In this document: positions 49,437 to 59,900 of the stretch, in pieces
Position numbering within the stretch: the first letter of the stretch is position 1
Layout of the letters: every line of letters starts with the position of its first letter
Origin: a bacterium
Lineage (GTDB): Bacteria > Patescibacteriota > Patescibacteriia > UBA9570
Direction of reading: 5' to 3'
Assembly (NCBI GenBank): GCA_030698395.1
Contig: JAUYKW010000027.1
Location: forward strand, 3,174 to 67,173
Length of the DNA: 64,000 nt
The notes under the pieces: generated by a model
Database searches by the model: none
Told to the model about the DNA's origin: nothing
Seen by the model: only the letters and a program-made list of their open reading frames with translations
Translations under genes and position numbers: made by a program

Positions 49437-50741
49437 TCATATCTTCCTGTTCAATACGCATACAGATTCTACATGTGGTGTGCACGGAAAGAAGTTATAT
49501 AGCTTAATAAATTCAACCTCATATGATTCCGCTAGCAATTTTATATCTCTTGCCTGTGTGGATAAATTGCATGACATATATATTATTCTAACTGGCTTCT
49601 CATCTATAATAGTATCGATTACATTTTTATGTAAACCCGCTCGCGGTGGATCCACTATCACAACATGTTCTGAAGTAATAATTTCAGTCATATTTTCAGC
49701 TTCCGTCAGATGTACCTCGGCGTTACTAATCCCGTTGCTTATAATATTTTTTTTTGCGAATTCAACTGCTTCCTCATTATTCTCAACTAATATTGCTTTT
49801 TGATAATGCTCATGTAAAGGCAAGCTAATAGCTCCAACACCAGAATAATAATCAATCACATCTCTAGATTTATCTAAATACTTACTAACATCTTGCAAAG
49901 CTTGATTAAAAACTGGGATATTAACTTGAAAAAAACCTAATAATCCAAAATCCAGATTTGTATCATTAATTGATGCCGAAAGAAAATCTTGACCCTCACT
50001 GTACATTATCTCTGTTGGAACAGATGCTGGACTTTTTGGATTTGAAAAATAAATATGAAATCCAAGTAATTTATCATTCAATTTTGGATAATCACTAAAA
50101 TCAACTTTATCTTTACAAAATAACGCTGCAATAGCTTCTCCCTTGCCATTACTACGAATAATCAAAGATTTTAATTGATATCTTGTTAATGATTGCGCAT
50201 TAATCCACTTCAAAATATAGTCAGCGCTCTCATTAATTACAGGCTCAGCCAACACAGATCCTGCTACTGGCTCTTTATATTTCATTCCTCTCTGAAAAAA
50301 CGATAATGATACTCCAGTTCCTCTCTCATCATCTTCGTTAAACTCAAAAAAACTGAACTCTATTTTATTTCTGTATCCTACTTGTTGATCATCATTATAA
50401 TAAATATCCAAATCTATTAAATCCAGACCGCCAAGATAATTATACGTTTCGAGTGCCATGGTTTTTTTAAACTCATTCTCTTTCTCAAATGTCATAATAG
50501 ACCAAGGACAACTTGATAAGAAATGTTTCTCTGCAGGCTCAACTCTATATTCTGCTGGTTTGATAATTGTTTTAGCTACAGCCTCGAACACACCTTTTCT
50601 TTTCTTGATGATTTCAGCCTCAACTTGCTCTCCAGGCAATGCATTCCAAACAAAAATAGTCCTATCCTCATAATGTGATATACCTTGCCCACCAAATACA
50701 AGTTTATCTATTGTTAGATTTACTTTATCATTTACACGCAT
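49437..50741 (-). CDS. rlmD: 23S rRNA m5U methyltransferase, RlmD/TrmA family with TRAM domain
   Basis: TRAM N-terminus, GYRNK, FFQVN, DYYSGVG, VDPPRAGL, YMSCN, PHVE. Confidence 0.85.
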   Translation of the reverse strand: MRVNDKVNLTIDKLVFGGQGISHYEDRTIFVWNALPGEQVEAEIIKKRKGVFEAVAKTIIKPAEYRVEPAEKHFLSSCPWSIMTFEKENEFKKTMALETYNYLGGLDLIDLDIYYNDDQQVGYRNKIEFSFFEFNEDDERGTGVSLSFFQRGMKYKEPVAGSVLAEPVINESADYILKWINAQSLTRYQLKSLIIRSNGKGEAIAALFCKDKVDFSDYPKLNDKLLGFHIYFSNPKSPASVPTEIMYSEGQDFLSASINDTNLDFGLLGFFQVNIPVFNQALQDVSKYLDKSRDVIDYYSGVGAISLPLHEHYQKAILVENNEEAVEFAKKNIISNGISNAEVHLTEAENMTEIITSEHVVIVDPPRAGLHKNVIDTIIDEKPVRIIYMSCNLSTQARDIKLLAESYEVEFIKLYNFFPCTPHVESVCVLNRKI

Positions 50742-50743
50742 AG

Positions 50744-51262
50744 TTAGATTAATTTAGAAATGATTGCTTGGCAGAATGCTGGCAAATCATCTGGCTTACG
50801 AGAAGTTATTATATTACCATCAACGACAACTTCTTCATCTGAATAAATTCCGCCAGCATTAATTATGTCATCTGCAATTGCATCATAACAAGTACATTTT
50901 TTTCCCTGAATTATTCCTGCTGAAGCAAGCATCCATGCCCCATGACAGATTGATGCAACTAATTTACCAGCGGTATTCATATCTTTCACAAAATCTATCA
51001 TATCTCGATTCTTTCTCATCAAATCTGGAGCAAAACCACCTGGTATTAACACGGCATCAAATTCATCTATTTTTGCTTCCTTAATATCAATATCGCTTTC
51101 TACTGGATATCCATACTTACCCTTATACTTGTGAGCTTTTTTTATACCCACAATGACTGGTTTAATCCCTTCTTCACGTAGCCGATAGAATGGATACCAT
51201 AGCTCTAAATCCTGATATAGATCCTCAACTAATATTGCTACACGTTTATTTGATGATTCCAT
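50744..51262 (-). CDS. PfpI/DJ-1 family protein (glyoxalase III/protease)
   Basis: YQDLELWYP, IPGGFAPD, SICHG, ITSRKPDDL. Confidence 0.93.
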   Translation of the reverse strand: MESSNKRVAILVEDLYQDLELWYPFYRLREEGIKPVIVGIKKAHKYKGKYGYPVESDIDIKEAKIDEFDAVLIPGGFAPDLMRKNRDMIDFVKDMNTAGKLVASICHGAWMLASAGIIQGKKCTCYDAIADDIINAGGIYSDEEVVVDGNIITSRKPDDLPAFCQAIISKLI

Positions 51263-51294
51263 AATTATTTATATAAATTAACTTATATATAATA

Positions 51295-52203
51295 TCACAA
51301 CTCTCTAATTGCGTGTTCAATCCTACGAGTTGCATCTTCATATGACTCTGATTTATCTACAAAATACAAAGGCTTGCCGAATTTTATTGATACTGAGTGT
51401 CTTTTAGAGAAAATGCTCTTTTTTGAACCATAGATAAATGCTGTTCCTTTTATTCTAACCGGAATAATTGGCACATTCATTAAAGATGCCATTAAACCAG
51501 CCCCTCTCTTAAATTCATTCATTGTATCGGAATGACTAACTCTACCTTCTGGAAACAAAGCCACAGACCAACCTCTGTCTAATAGAGCCCCCGTATAATT
51601 GAAACCAGATTTAATATCTTCATTTTCTTTACGAGGAAAAGGAAATGCATTAAAAAAAAGTTGTATTGCTGGCAGATATTTTCTAAATTCTCCAAAAATA
51701 GAATCCTTTGCAGCTGCATAGGCTAATCTATTTCTTACTTTTATATTCAATGCTGCCGATAAAAAAATACCATCAAATAGACTAATGTGATTAGACATGA
51801 TTATTACCGGATATTTCACGTCCTTAAAATTATCTTGATCTGCAACTTCTAATTTCGTCACTAATCTCATTAAAGGAAAGAAAAAAAAGCTCTGGCCCAC
51901 ATATCTTATTATCCTAGCAAATAGGCTTAATGGCCATTCCTTTATTTTTAATCTTTTTTCAACAGGATTCGCTACGTTAATTAAAGCCAATAAATCAGTA
52001 ACACTTGTTTTTGCTGTAATGTTAACTTCCGGAACTGTTACACCGAACACATCTTCAATTCTAGTAACCAATTCTATTCGTAAAATAGAATCTAACTGCA
52101 AATCACGCACTAATACTGTATCAGATGCAATATCTTTAGCATTAGTATCTGTAATTGCCGCTAGTAATGCAACTAGCTGGGGCAATTGTTCATCTTTCTG
52201 CAT
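51295..52203 (-). CDS. Acyl-carrier domain fused to a PlsC-type lysophospholipid acyltransferase
   Basis: DLQLDSILRIEL phosphopantetheine site; NHISLFD (HX4D) and FPEG motifs; ATG 52203 overlaps the upstream gene. Confidence 0.85.
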   Translation of the reverse strand: MQKDEQLPQLVALLAAITDTNAKDIASDTVLVRDLQLDSILRIELVTRIEDVFGVTVPEVNITAKTSVTDLLALINVANPVEKRLKIKEWPLSLFARIIRYVGQSFFFFPLMRLVTKLEVADQDNFKDVKYPVIIMSNHISLFDGIFLSAALNIKVRNRLAYAAAKDSIFGEFRKYLPAIQLFFNAFPFPRKENEDIKSGFNYTGALLDRGWSVALFPEGRVSHSDTMNEFKRGAGLMASLMNVPIIPVRIKGTAFIYGSKKSIFSKRHSVSIKFGKPLYFVDKSESYEDATRRIEHAIREL

Positions 52204-53752
52204 GGATACGTTTAATGATTTCACCTTTTTTAACTTTTCTGGTAGCTGATCGAGGAAAATCTTCCTCTTTCCAAACTGACCAGTTTGCAATCTGCTGATA
52301 TGACGCTAACTGCTCATTCGTTCTTTGTACCAATTCCTCTGAGGTAGAATTATTATCTTTCTCAAACAGCAATACAGCATGTATTTCTACTCGTCCAGAT
52401 TCTTTCTCTAAACCAATCACACAACTGTCTTTAATTTCCGATAACTCATTAAGTTTTTGTTCGATATCCTCAGGAAAAACATTTTGCCCCCCTGGACCAA
52501 GAATCATATATCGTTTACGCCCGTTGATATAAATATAACCATCAGAATCTATCTTTCCAAGATCGTCTGTTTTAAACCACCCATCTTCAGTAAATGCTTC
52601 TTTTGTTTTTTCTGTGTTCTTATAATATCCTTGAAAAACACTTGGGCCTTTCACTAAAATTTCACCATCATCTGCAATTTTAACTTCAACACCTGATAAG
52701 ACTTTACCAATAGAACCCCTACGATGTGCCATTAACGTATTCATTGATACTACTGGTGACGTTTCCGTGAGTCCATATCCCTGCAATAAGGTTATCCCTA
52801 ACGCATTCCACTTATCTTCAAGTTTTGGATCTAAAGGTGCGCCACCAGAAGCTACGATACGTAACTTACCACCGAATGATTTGTGCACAGAACTAAATAA
52901 CAACCTTTGTAGTAGTCTAATTTTTATGGTATTAGATATCTTCATCATTTTCTGCATTAATTCTTTTTTCCCATCTTCCTCTGCCTTAGCCTCTATCTTA
53001 GACATTACAATACTTAAAAACTCAGGAACCCCAAGCATCTTTGTAACGTGATGCTCCTTCAAAAGATCACTAATAGCAGTAGGCACGTGAGCATAAACAA
53101 TTTTTGCAGATTTATAGCAAGGCAACAAAAAACCTATTACCTGCTCATAAATATGACTGAGTGGTAAAATAGATAAAAATACATCGGTATCGTCAACAGG
53201 AATTGCTTCAGAAACAGCTATAACATTTGATATTACATTTTTATGACTCAACAACACTCCTTTTGGATCTCCCGTAGTTCCAGAAGTATACATAATGATT
53301 GCAATGTCTTCCTCAGTTGCCGTTACTGGGACAAACTCATTGTCTTTGTATGATTCAATAGTTTGCTGTAAATCTTCGACTTGATAAACTGCCAATTCAT
53401 CAGTAATATCTTCTGTAAATTTATTATTTGAAAAAATTATTTTTGCCTCAGTTTGTTTAGCAATCTTATTAATCATCTCTCCTGTACTTTGGGTATTTAA
53501 AGGAACTAATACTGAACCATTTAATAAACAGCCCCAATATACACATAGCCAATTGGGAGAATTTGGAGCCAATAACAAAACTTTATCTCCTACACCAATG
53601 TCTTGTTCTTTCAAAAATACTGCGGTACTTTTTGCCATCTTGTAAATATCCTGATATGACAGTTCAACATTTCTATAACCAACTTTAATAATGGCTGCTG
53701 TTTTATCTGGGGTTTGTTTTGCAGAATTAATTATGAAATCTGTAAGTATCAT
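52190..53752 (-). CDS. Long-chain fatty acid AMP ligase / acyl-ACP(CoA) synthetase
   Basis: YTSGTTGDPKG, LPLSHIYE, QGYGLTETSP, GWFKTDD, RKVKK. Confidence 0.93.
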   Translation of the reverse strand: MILTDFIINSAKQTPDKTAAIIKVGYRNVELSYQDIYKMAKSTAVFLKEQDIGVGDKVLLLAPNSPNWLCVYWGCLLNGSVLVPLNTQSTGEMINKIAKQTEAKIIFSNNKFTEDITDELAVYQVEDLQQTIESYKDNEFVPVTATEEDIAIIMYTSGTTGDPKGVLLSHKNVISNVIAVSEAIPVDDTDVFLSILPLSHIYEQVIGFLLPCYKSAKIVYAHVPTAISDLLKEHHVTKMLGVPEFLSIVMSKIEAKAEEDGKKELMQKMMKISNTIKIRLLQRLLFSSVHKSFGGKLRIVASGGAPLDPKLEDKWNALGITLLQGYGLTETSPVVSMNTLMAHRRGSIGKVLSGVEVKIADDGEILVKGPSVFQGYYKNTEKTKEAFTEDGWFKTDDLGKIDSDGYIYINGRKRYMILGPGGQNVFPEDIEQKLNELSEIKDSCVIGLEKESGRVEIHAVLLFEKDNNSTSEELVQRTNEQLASYQQIANWSVWKEEDFPRSATRKVKKGEIIKRIHAER

Positions 53753-53758
53753 AATTAA

Positions 53759-54100
53759 TTAGTCATTTAATAAAAAAACTGCTGATGCTATTGCATAGTC
53801 ACCATCATGACTAATTGATATATCATGCGATAAAATTTCCGCTTCACCTTCATATTTCAAAATAGGATGGCCAGTTTTGCTGTAACGAATTCCTATTTGT
53901 TTCCAATTCCCTGCTTCTAATCCCAGTGCTTTAATTACCGCTTCTTTGGCGGCAAAAACACCTGCCAAATGCTGTGCAGAATTTGATACAGTCAATTCTT
54001 CCACTTGAAATATCTTATCTAGAAAATCTTGTCCCGAATTTTTTTTTGATTTTTCAAATTTCTTTATGTGTACAATGTCACAACCTGTTTTGATTTTCAT
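53759..54100 (-). CDS. acpS: Holo-ACP synthase (phosphopantetheinyl transferase)
   Basis: GCDIV, AGVFAAKEAVIKAL, ISISHDGDYA; likely start ATG 54100. Confidence 0.92.
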   Translation of the reverse strand: MKIKTGCDIVHIKKFEKSKKNSGQDFLDKIFQVEELTVSNSAQHLAGVFAAKEAVIKALGLEAGNWKQIGIRYSKTGHPILKYEGEAEILSHDISISHDGDYAIASAVFLLND

Positions 54101-54134
54101 GTATGTATTATGCACTATTTATATAAAATTCACA

Positions 54135-54170
54135 AACAAAAAAGAGGCCTAACTTGGCCCCTTTTTTGTT
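54135..54170 (-). terminator. Intrinsic terminator after the major pilin gene
   Basis: Minus strand reads AACAAAAAAG-G-GGCC-aagtta-GGCC-T-CTTTTTTGTT: a hairpin with a U-tract, just after the pilin stop. Confidence 0.85.
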
Positions 54171-54181
54171 CTTATATAGGG

Positions 54182-54712
54182 TTATCGTGAACTTACAATC
54201 TCACTTGTATTTTCCGATTCACATGATCTAATTCGTAAAATCCCAGTAGTTTCTTTTTGGATGGTATAGCCTGTAGTTGCTGCTGTCCAAGTTCCAAGAC
54301 CATCAGGACTAATTGGTATGTCTCCAATGTAACCTTGAGTTATAATATCATCACCTCCGGTAGTTAAATCCAAACAAACTGCTTGCGTAGGGTTTGTATC
54401 ACAGAAATCAGTTACAGTTGTAGCTGTTGCTCCACTAGCACAAGAACCAATTAAGTAAACTTCACCTGCAGTCGCGCCATTAACTGCTGAATTGTAATAT
54501 CCGCCATTATCAACCTGATCCACTTTAAGTGCAGACAAAACTTCACTGGCTTGTGCTGCTCTTTTTGAATCTCTAGAATCAGCTAATCTCGATAAAGGAT
54601 CCAAGGCAACAAATAGAATCACAGCCAAAATTGCAATAATCGCCACTACGATTAAAAGCTCGATTAATGTGAAACCTTCATTTTTTTTATTTAATTCTTG
54701 TCGAATGTTCAT
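54182..54712 (-). CDS. Type IV pilin (likely major pilin)
   Basis: G|FTLIELLIVVAII class III signal, RDSKR motif, 4 Cys, dedicated terminator. Confidence 0.9.
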   Translation of the reverse strand: MNIRQELNKKNEGFTLIELLIVVAIIAILAVILFVALDPLSRLADSRDSKRAAQASEVLSALKVDQVDNGGYYNSAVNGATAGEVYLIGSCASGATATTVTDFCDTNPTQAVCLDLTTGGDDIITQGYIGDIPISPDGLGTWTAATTGYTIQKETTGILRIRSCESENTSEIVSSR

Positions 54713-54783
54713 AATATATACATTGAAAACTATTTTTTATTAAAACCAGATTACTTATATTATATTATATTTAATAACTTACG

Positions 54784-56001
54784 TCAATTTGAAGCATTTT
54801 TAATCACCCAGATAATAGCAGCAATTGACAAGCCACCAACAATAATTACAACTAGCATAACTAATTGCTTTTTTGTTTTTTTATCCACTCCCGAACTAAT
54901 TACTGAAATTTTAGTACCTGATCTTTCTTTTGTCTTAATCTTTTTTTCTTTTAATTCTGATTCACTCAATCTTAAATCTACTGATTGTTTTTGATATTTC
55001 GCATCAGTAGGATACATAGCTAATCCAACTGCTTCCACATACATTGATGCCTGATCCCCTTGCGGTATGCTAATTTCAGGAATCTGCCCTTCGGTTTGTC
55101 TTTGCGCTAAATAATTAGAGAGAAACTCCGTTAAACCTGGCAACTGAGCACTTCCACCTGTTAAGAATAATTCCTGCGGCATATGTTGATACAAACTATA
55201 ATATTTTTGCAGACTACTAGTAATCTTTTCTGCTAATGGTTGGACAATATTGATCATGTCAGGTGACTCCAGGCCGAATGAAATTTTTTGCGCTTCAGCT
55301 GCTTCAAACGATCCACCAATTTTTTGTGCTAATTGTGTGGTCCATACAAATCCACCAGTTAATATCGTTTCACTAATAATTGGCTGGCCTTGATAAAAAA
55401 ATGTTAACACAGTCTTTGTTCCTCCAATATCTGCAACTGCCATAGATGATTGTTGAAACTCAGAATCTCGATCTGCAAGAATTCCTCTCATAATACCTAA
55501 TACTTCTGGTTCTATGGCAAGAACCTCTATGCCAACTTCCTTAAAAAACAGTTGCCAATTTTTCACAATCTGTTTATCTACGCCAAATATAGTATAGTTT
55601 TCTGATCCGTCTGCCAGCACATTCTTTAACCATACAATATGTAAATTTTCATCTTCTATTAAAAATGTTGCTCGAGCTTGGTCACGTAAAACTTCCTCTA
55701 GTTTCTCACCAGTTAAATCCTGACCATCATTCTGAATATTATAATTTAAAGAATATACTAAGGAATCAGGAAAACTCACAACCGCCTTTCTGCTCTCTGC
55801 TGGTTGAGGCGATGCATTATCTAATAAAGATTGAAATATATTATTCAAACCTTCACGATTTTTAATTCTTCCTTGGACAATTACATCTCTAGCTAACTCT
55901 GCTCTAGCATAACTAACCATATTAAAGCTAGATCTAGCTTTACTAAGTTCAACGATTTCGATAGATGTATCAGCTATATCTATACCAAGGTATGATTTCA
56001 T
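54784..56001 (-). CDS. pilM: PilM-like actin-fold pilus assembly protein with a C-terminal TM
   Basis: LGIDIAD, ADIGGTKT, AEAQK, LTGGSAQLPGL, AVGLAM; hydrophobic helix at the C-terminus; likely start ATG 56001. Confidence 0.85.
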   Translation of the reverse strand: MKSYLGIDIADTSIEIVELSKARSSFNMVSYARAELARDVIVQGRIKNREGLNNIFQSLLDNASPQPAESRKAVVSFPDSLVYSLNYNIQNDGQDLTGEKLEEVLRDQARATFLIEDENLHIVWLKNVLADGSENYTIFGVDKQIVKNWQLFFKEVGIEVLAIEPEVLGIMRGILADRDSEFQQSSMAVADIGGTKTVLTFFYQGQPIISETILTGGFVWTTQLAQKIGGSFEAAEAQKISFGLESPDMINIVQPLAEKITSSLQKYYSLYQHMPQELFLTGGSAQLPGLTEFLSNYLAQRQTEGQIPEISIPQGDQASMYVEAVGLAMYPTDAKYQKQSVDLRLSESELKEKKIKTKERSGTKISVISSGVDKKTKKQLVMLVVIIVGGLSIAAIIWVIKNASN

Positions 56002-56006
56002 TGTTT

Positions 56007-56414
56007 TTAGGGATTTAATTGCCAACTAGTTAAAGAAACATCTCCACCAGATACTACTGTAACAGCTTCTACTGTTGCATAATAATCACTTATATTTCCA
56101 ATAGAATTGATTGCCCGTTCAGTACCCCCATCAGACGTAACCGTTATTGTACAAGAATTACCACCTATACTCAAGACCTGAGTACCAGCTCCGACTGCCC
56201 AATTTTCATCATAGCGCAATCTGCGTAATACTTCCTCTGTACAACTATCCGCTAATACTATGGCAGATTCTGTTTCACCAGCAGAATAACTTAAGTCCAA
56301 CTCGCCAATTCCTAACAAACTAATTGATAAAGCTATTGTAGTTGTAACAGACGCAATTATAACAATTGCTATTAATGCTGCTGCTCCAGAGTGATCAAAT
56401 AAATATATTTTCAT
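56007..56414 (-). CDS. Minor pilin, PilX-like
   Basis: SG|AAALIAIV prepilin lacking Glu5; ADSCTEE..LR motif. Confidence 0.7.
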   Translation of the reverse strand: MKIYLFDHSGAAALIAIVIIASVTTTIALSISLLGIGELDLSYSAGETESAIVLADSCTEEVLRRLRYDENWAVGAGTQVLSIGGNSCTITVTSDGGTERAINSIGNISDYYATVEAVTVVSGGDVSLTSWQLNP

Positions 56415-56917
56415 CTTCTTACGGATACTGCAGTTTGATAAGTTTGACTAGTTGCATACTCAGCACTATCCGTACCACTATATTGCAATGTCATTTGAAC
56501 ACGAACATTTTCCACTCGACCATTACCTGTTAAATTTGTAAATTGTAGATTTGTTACACTCACCAGTGTGGGCATCACAATAATTGGTCCGGTAGCTCCT
56601 TCAGTAATTTGTATTTGACCATTATCAGCTGTAAGTTCTATTACTGTTGGGTTCTTTGCCACGTCAGCCATTGATAGTTCTAACACGCCGGGATCTGAAC
56701 TAAAAGTACTTCCTCCTAAATTTACTCCGGATGAACCACGAATTGCATCTGTTATGTACTCCATTGCAAATCTAGCATTAGCGTTTATTTCCTGATGCAC
56801 CGCTGCTTTGGACCTAGCCTGAAACATAGTTAAGGAAAAACTGATAAAAGCTACAACAACAGCGCTAGTAAGGGCTACGTATATCAACAACTCAATTAAA
56901 GTAAAACCTTTTTTCAT
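56411..56917 (-). CDS. Minor pilin, PilW-like
   Basis: KKG|FTLIELLIYV; NARFAMEYI..IR. Confidence 0.8.
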   Translation of the reverse strand: MKKGFTLIELLIYVALTSAVVVAFISFSLTMFQARSKAAVHQEINANARFAMEYITDAIRGSSGVNLGGSTFSSDPGVLELSMADVAKNPTVIELTADNGQIQITEGATGPIIVMPTLVSVTNLQFTNLTGNGRVENVRVQMTLQYSGTDSAEYATSQTYQTAVSVRR

Positions 56918-56918
56918 G

Positions 56919-59900
56919 TTAGCGATAATTTATTATTACATCTTCTAAAATTGGCGTAGAAATTCCATCGCCTGTAAATTCTGCACGATACTGCACCCAT
57001 TGATTACCATTTAAAGCTGTAGGAGGTAACATACCATTTTGATCTGTAAAATAAGTTCCTGCACCTGTAGCACCAAACCAAGATGTCCATGTTCCTGGAG
57101 CGCCAGTTACATCTGGTGCAGTGCGCAATTGGAATTGTATTGTACAACTAGGCGAACATGCAGGTAATACCTCTGACCATTCAATCACTTGCAAAGGTGA
57201 AGTGTCCGTCATGTCAAAAGCAGATGAAGTTAGTGTGCCTGAGGTAGTATAGGTGCCAGTGCTCGTACGGGTAAACTTCATGAATAAACCAGCATCACCA
57301 ACAGTCCAACCCTCTGTACTATCTCCTCTTGAAATGTCATTTAAATTCGTCGTAGTTGGAGATGTAAATAACGCCCAATCAATTCCATTATAAACCATTA
57401 ACGTACCTGCATCACCAACGGCCCAGCCATCATTCGTTGCTATCATATCAATACCATTCAAATTGTTAGTAGTTTGTGAAATTCTAGACACCCAACTAAT
57501 ACCATTCCAGTAAATTATCACACCACCATCGCCCATCGCCCACGCATCACTGCTACTAACCATGTAAACCGCATTAAGATTATTTCCAGTTGGAGATGTA
57601 ACTGTACTCCATGCAGAGCCATTCCACTGTACAATTGTTCCTGCAGCGCCAACAGCCCAACAATCCGAACTCGATATACAATCAACGTCATTTAGGATAT
57701 TACCCGTGGGAGATGTTGCCGTAGACCAACTAGTACCATTCCAAGTAGCTATTGTTCCAGCATCACCAACTACATAAGCTACAGAGCTATTTACAGCTTC
57801 TACACCATTTAGACCATTACCGGTTGGCGATGTAACTGTACTCCAAGTACCAGTACTATACTGCACAATCGTACCTAACGCACCTACTGCCCAACCATTA
57901 TTTACATCTATAAATGTAAGATCGTATATATTATTGCTTGTCGGTGAGGTGTCAGACGTCCAGGCAACGCCATCAAAACTAAACAACGTACCAACGTTAC
58001 CTCCGGCATATCCTACAGTAGATGAAATCATATCTACAGCATTTAAGTTTTGAGTTGTTGGATTGTTATAGTTCACCGTAAGTTCTTCCAATACTGAGGT
58101 GAAATTAGCATCGGTTGTTGTGAATGTAACAAAATACTGTAAATACCTACCGTTAGGAGAAATTATTGGTTCCCCGCTTGGATTTGAATAAGCACCAGAG
58201 TATGCAGACCAACTTGCATCTGGTACAGCCACCTCACCAGTACGGGAATCGATTGATAGATTGGTTGCTGGGTTAGTGGTGTCTTCCACCCAAGAAATCC
58301 AATCCCATGTTGCTCCTGCACTGCCACTATCTATAATTGAAGATTCAAATGTACCAGTTAAAAAATAAAGATTACTGTACTGAATAAATGTAGATTGAGC
58401 ACCTGCAGCCCATACATTGGTGCTAGCTACCATATTTACAGTATACATATTTTTTGCGGTGGGAGATGTTACAGTAGCCCAAGCAGATCCATTCCATTGT
58501 AGTAAAGCACCACCTGCACCAACGGCCCAAGCATCAGATGCATTTAGTATAAAAATGTCATACAAAGCACTACCAGTTGGCGAGGTTACAGTAGCCCAAG
58601 CAGATCCATTCCACTGAATAATTACACCATCTGCACCAACGGCCCAGCAATTGTTTGAAACGGAACAATGAACCCCATTGAGGGCGCTACCAGTTGGAGA
58701 AGTTACAGTAGCCCAGGCAGATCCATTCCATTGGATAATTACTCCACCCGCGCCAACCGCCCAGCAATCCGAAGTTGATACACAATGAACCCCATTGAGG
58801 GCGCTACCAGTTGGAGAAGTTACAGTAGCCCAGGCAGATCCATTCCATTGGATAATTACTCCACCCGCGCCAACCGCCCAACCATCGCTACTAGATACCA
58901 TTGAAACGCTACTTAAAAGACTGCCAGTAGGAGATGTTTGAGTAGCCCAGGTACTGCCATTGTAATATATTATTGTACCTGACTGACCAACTGCCCAGCA
59001 GTTAGCTGTATCGGCACAATTAACTCCCTGTAAATTACTAGTTGTCGGTGAAATTACACCAAGCCAATCCACACCATTATATTCATAAATCGTTCCTCTG
59101 TTAGCTACAGCCCAGCCATCGCTGGCATCAATCATATCCAAACTATTTACATCTTCGTTGCCTAATGATGATGTTAAATCAGACCAAACGGAACTATTGT
59201 ATCGTACCAACAAAGGTTGCTTATTTTTACCACCCACTGAATGAACATCAATAGCAGATAACGCTTCAATATCTTTAAGGGTATCTATAGCAACTGCAGG
59301 AGTAACATCATTCCAAGTAGTTCCGTTCCATTCAAGAATTTTTCCGGTTCCTGTTGTTCCGCCAGATATATATCCAGAACTAGCTGAAAGCATGGATACT
59401 CCGTATAAAATTCTGGTTGTAGGACTAGATTGAGTAAACCAAGTAGAGCCATTGTAATAAATAATTTCACCACCAGCTCCAGCTGACCAACAATTAGATG
59501 TATCATAGCAATCAATTCCATTCAACTGCTTTGTAGTTGGTGAGCTAAAAGAACTCCAACTTGTGCCATTCCATTGTAATATTTCGCCTTGCCAGCCAAC
59601 TGCCCAGCCATCTGACGCTGATACAAAATCCACTCCAAAAAGGTTTCTGGAAGTAGGCGAACTAAAACTAGTCCAAATAGCACCGTTCCATTTCAAAATT
59701 GTTCCGCCATCACCCACTATCCAACCATCACTTGCCGAAATCATTTTTATTGCGTTTAAATCGGATGTTGTACCAGAAGTAACAGTAGACCATGTGACTC
59801 CGTTCCAATGTATTATGACTCCACTTACGCCAATGGCCCATATATTATTAGCCGACACTATGTCAATTGATAATAACTCTGTAGACACTCCACTGCTAAC

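Noticed and set aside
51295-54100. NRPS/PKS secondary-metabolite cluster
   Set aside because: There are no condensation, ketosynthase or thioesterase domains; the acyltransferase is the glycerolipid HX4D type.
58468-58880. Adhesin repeats as a CRISPR array or a DGR template/variable pair
   Set aside because: The repeats are in-frame 117-bp coding units. The two best copies are identical with no adenine-specific mismatches, and no cas or reverse transcriptase gene is in the window.
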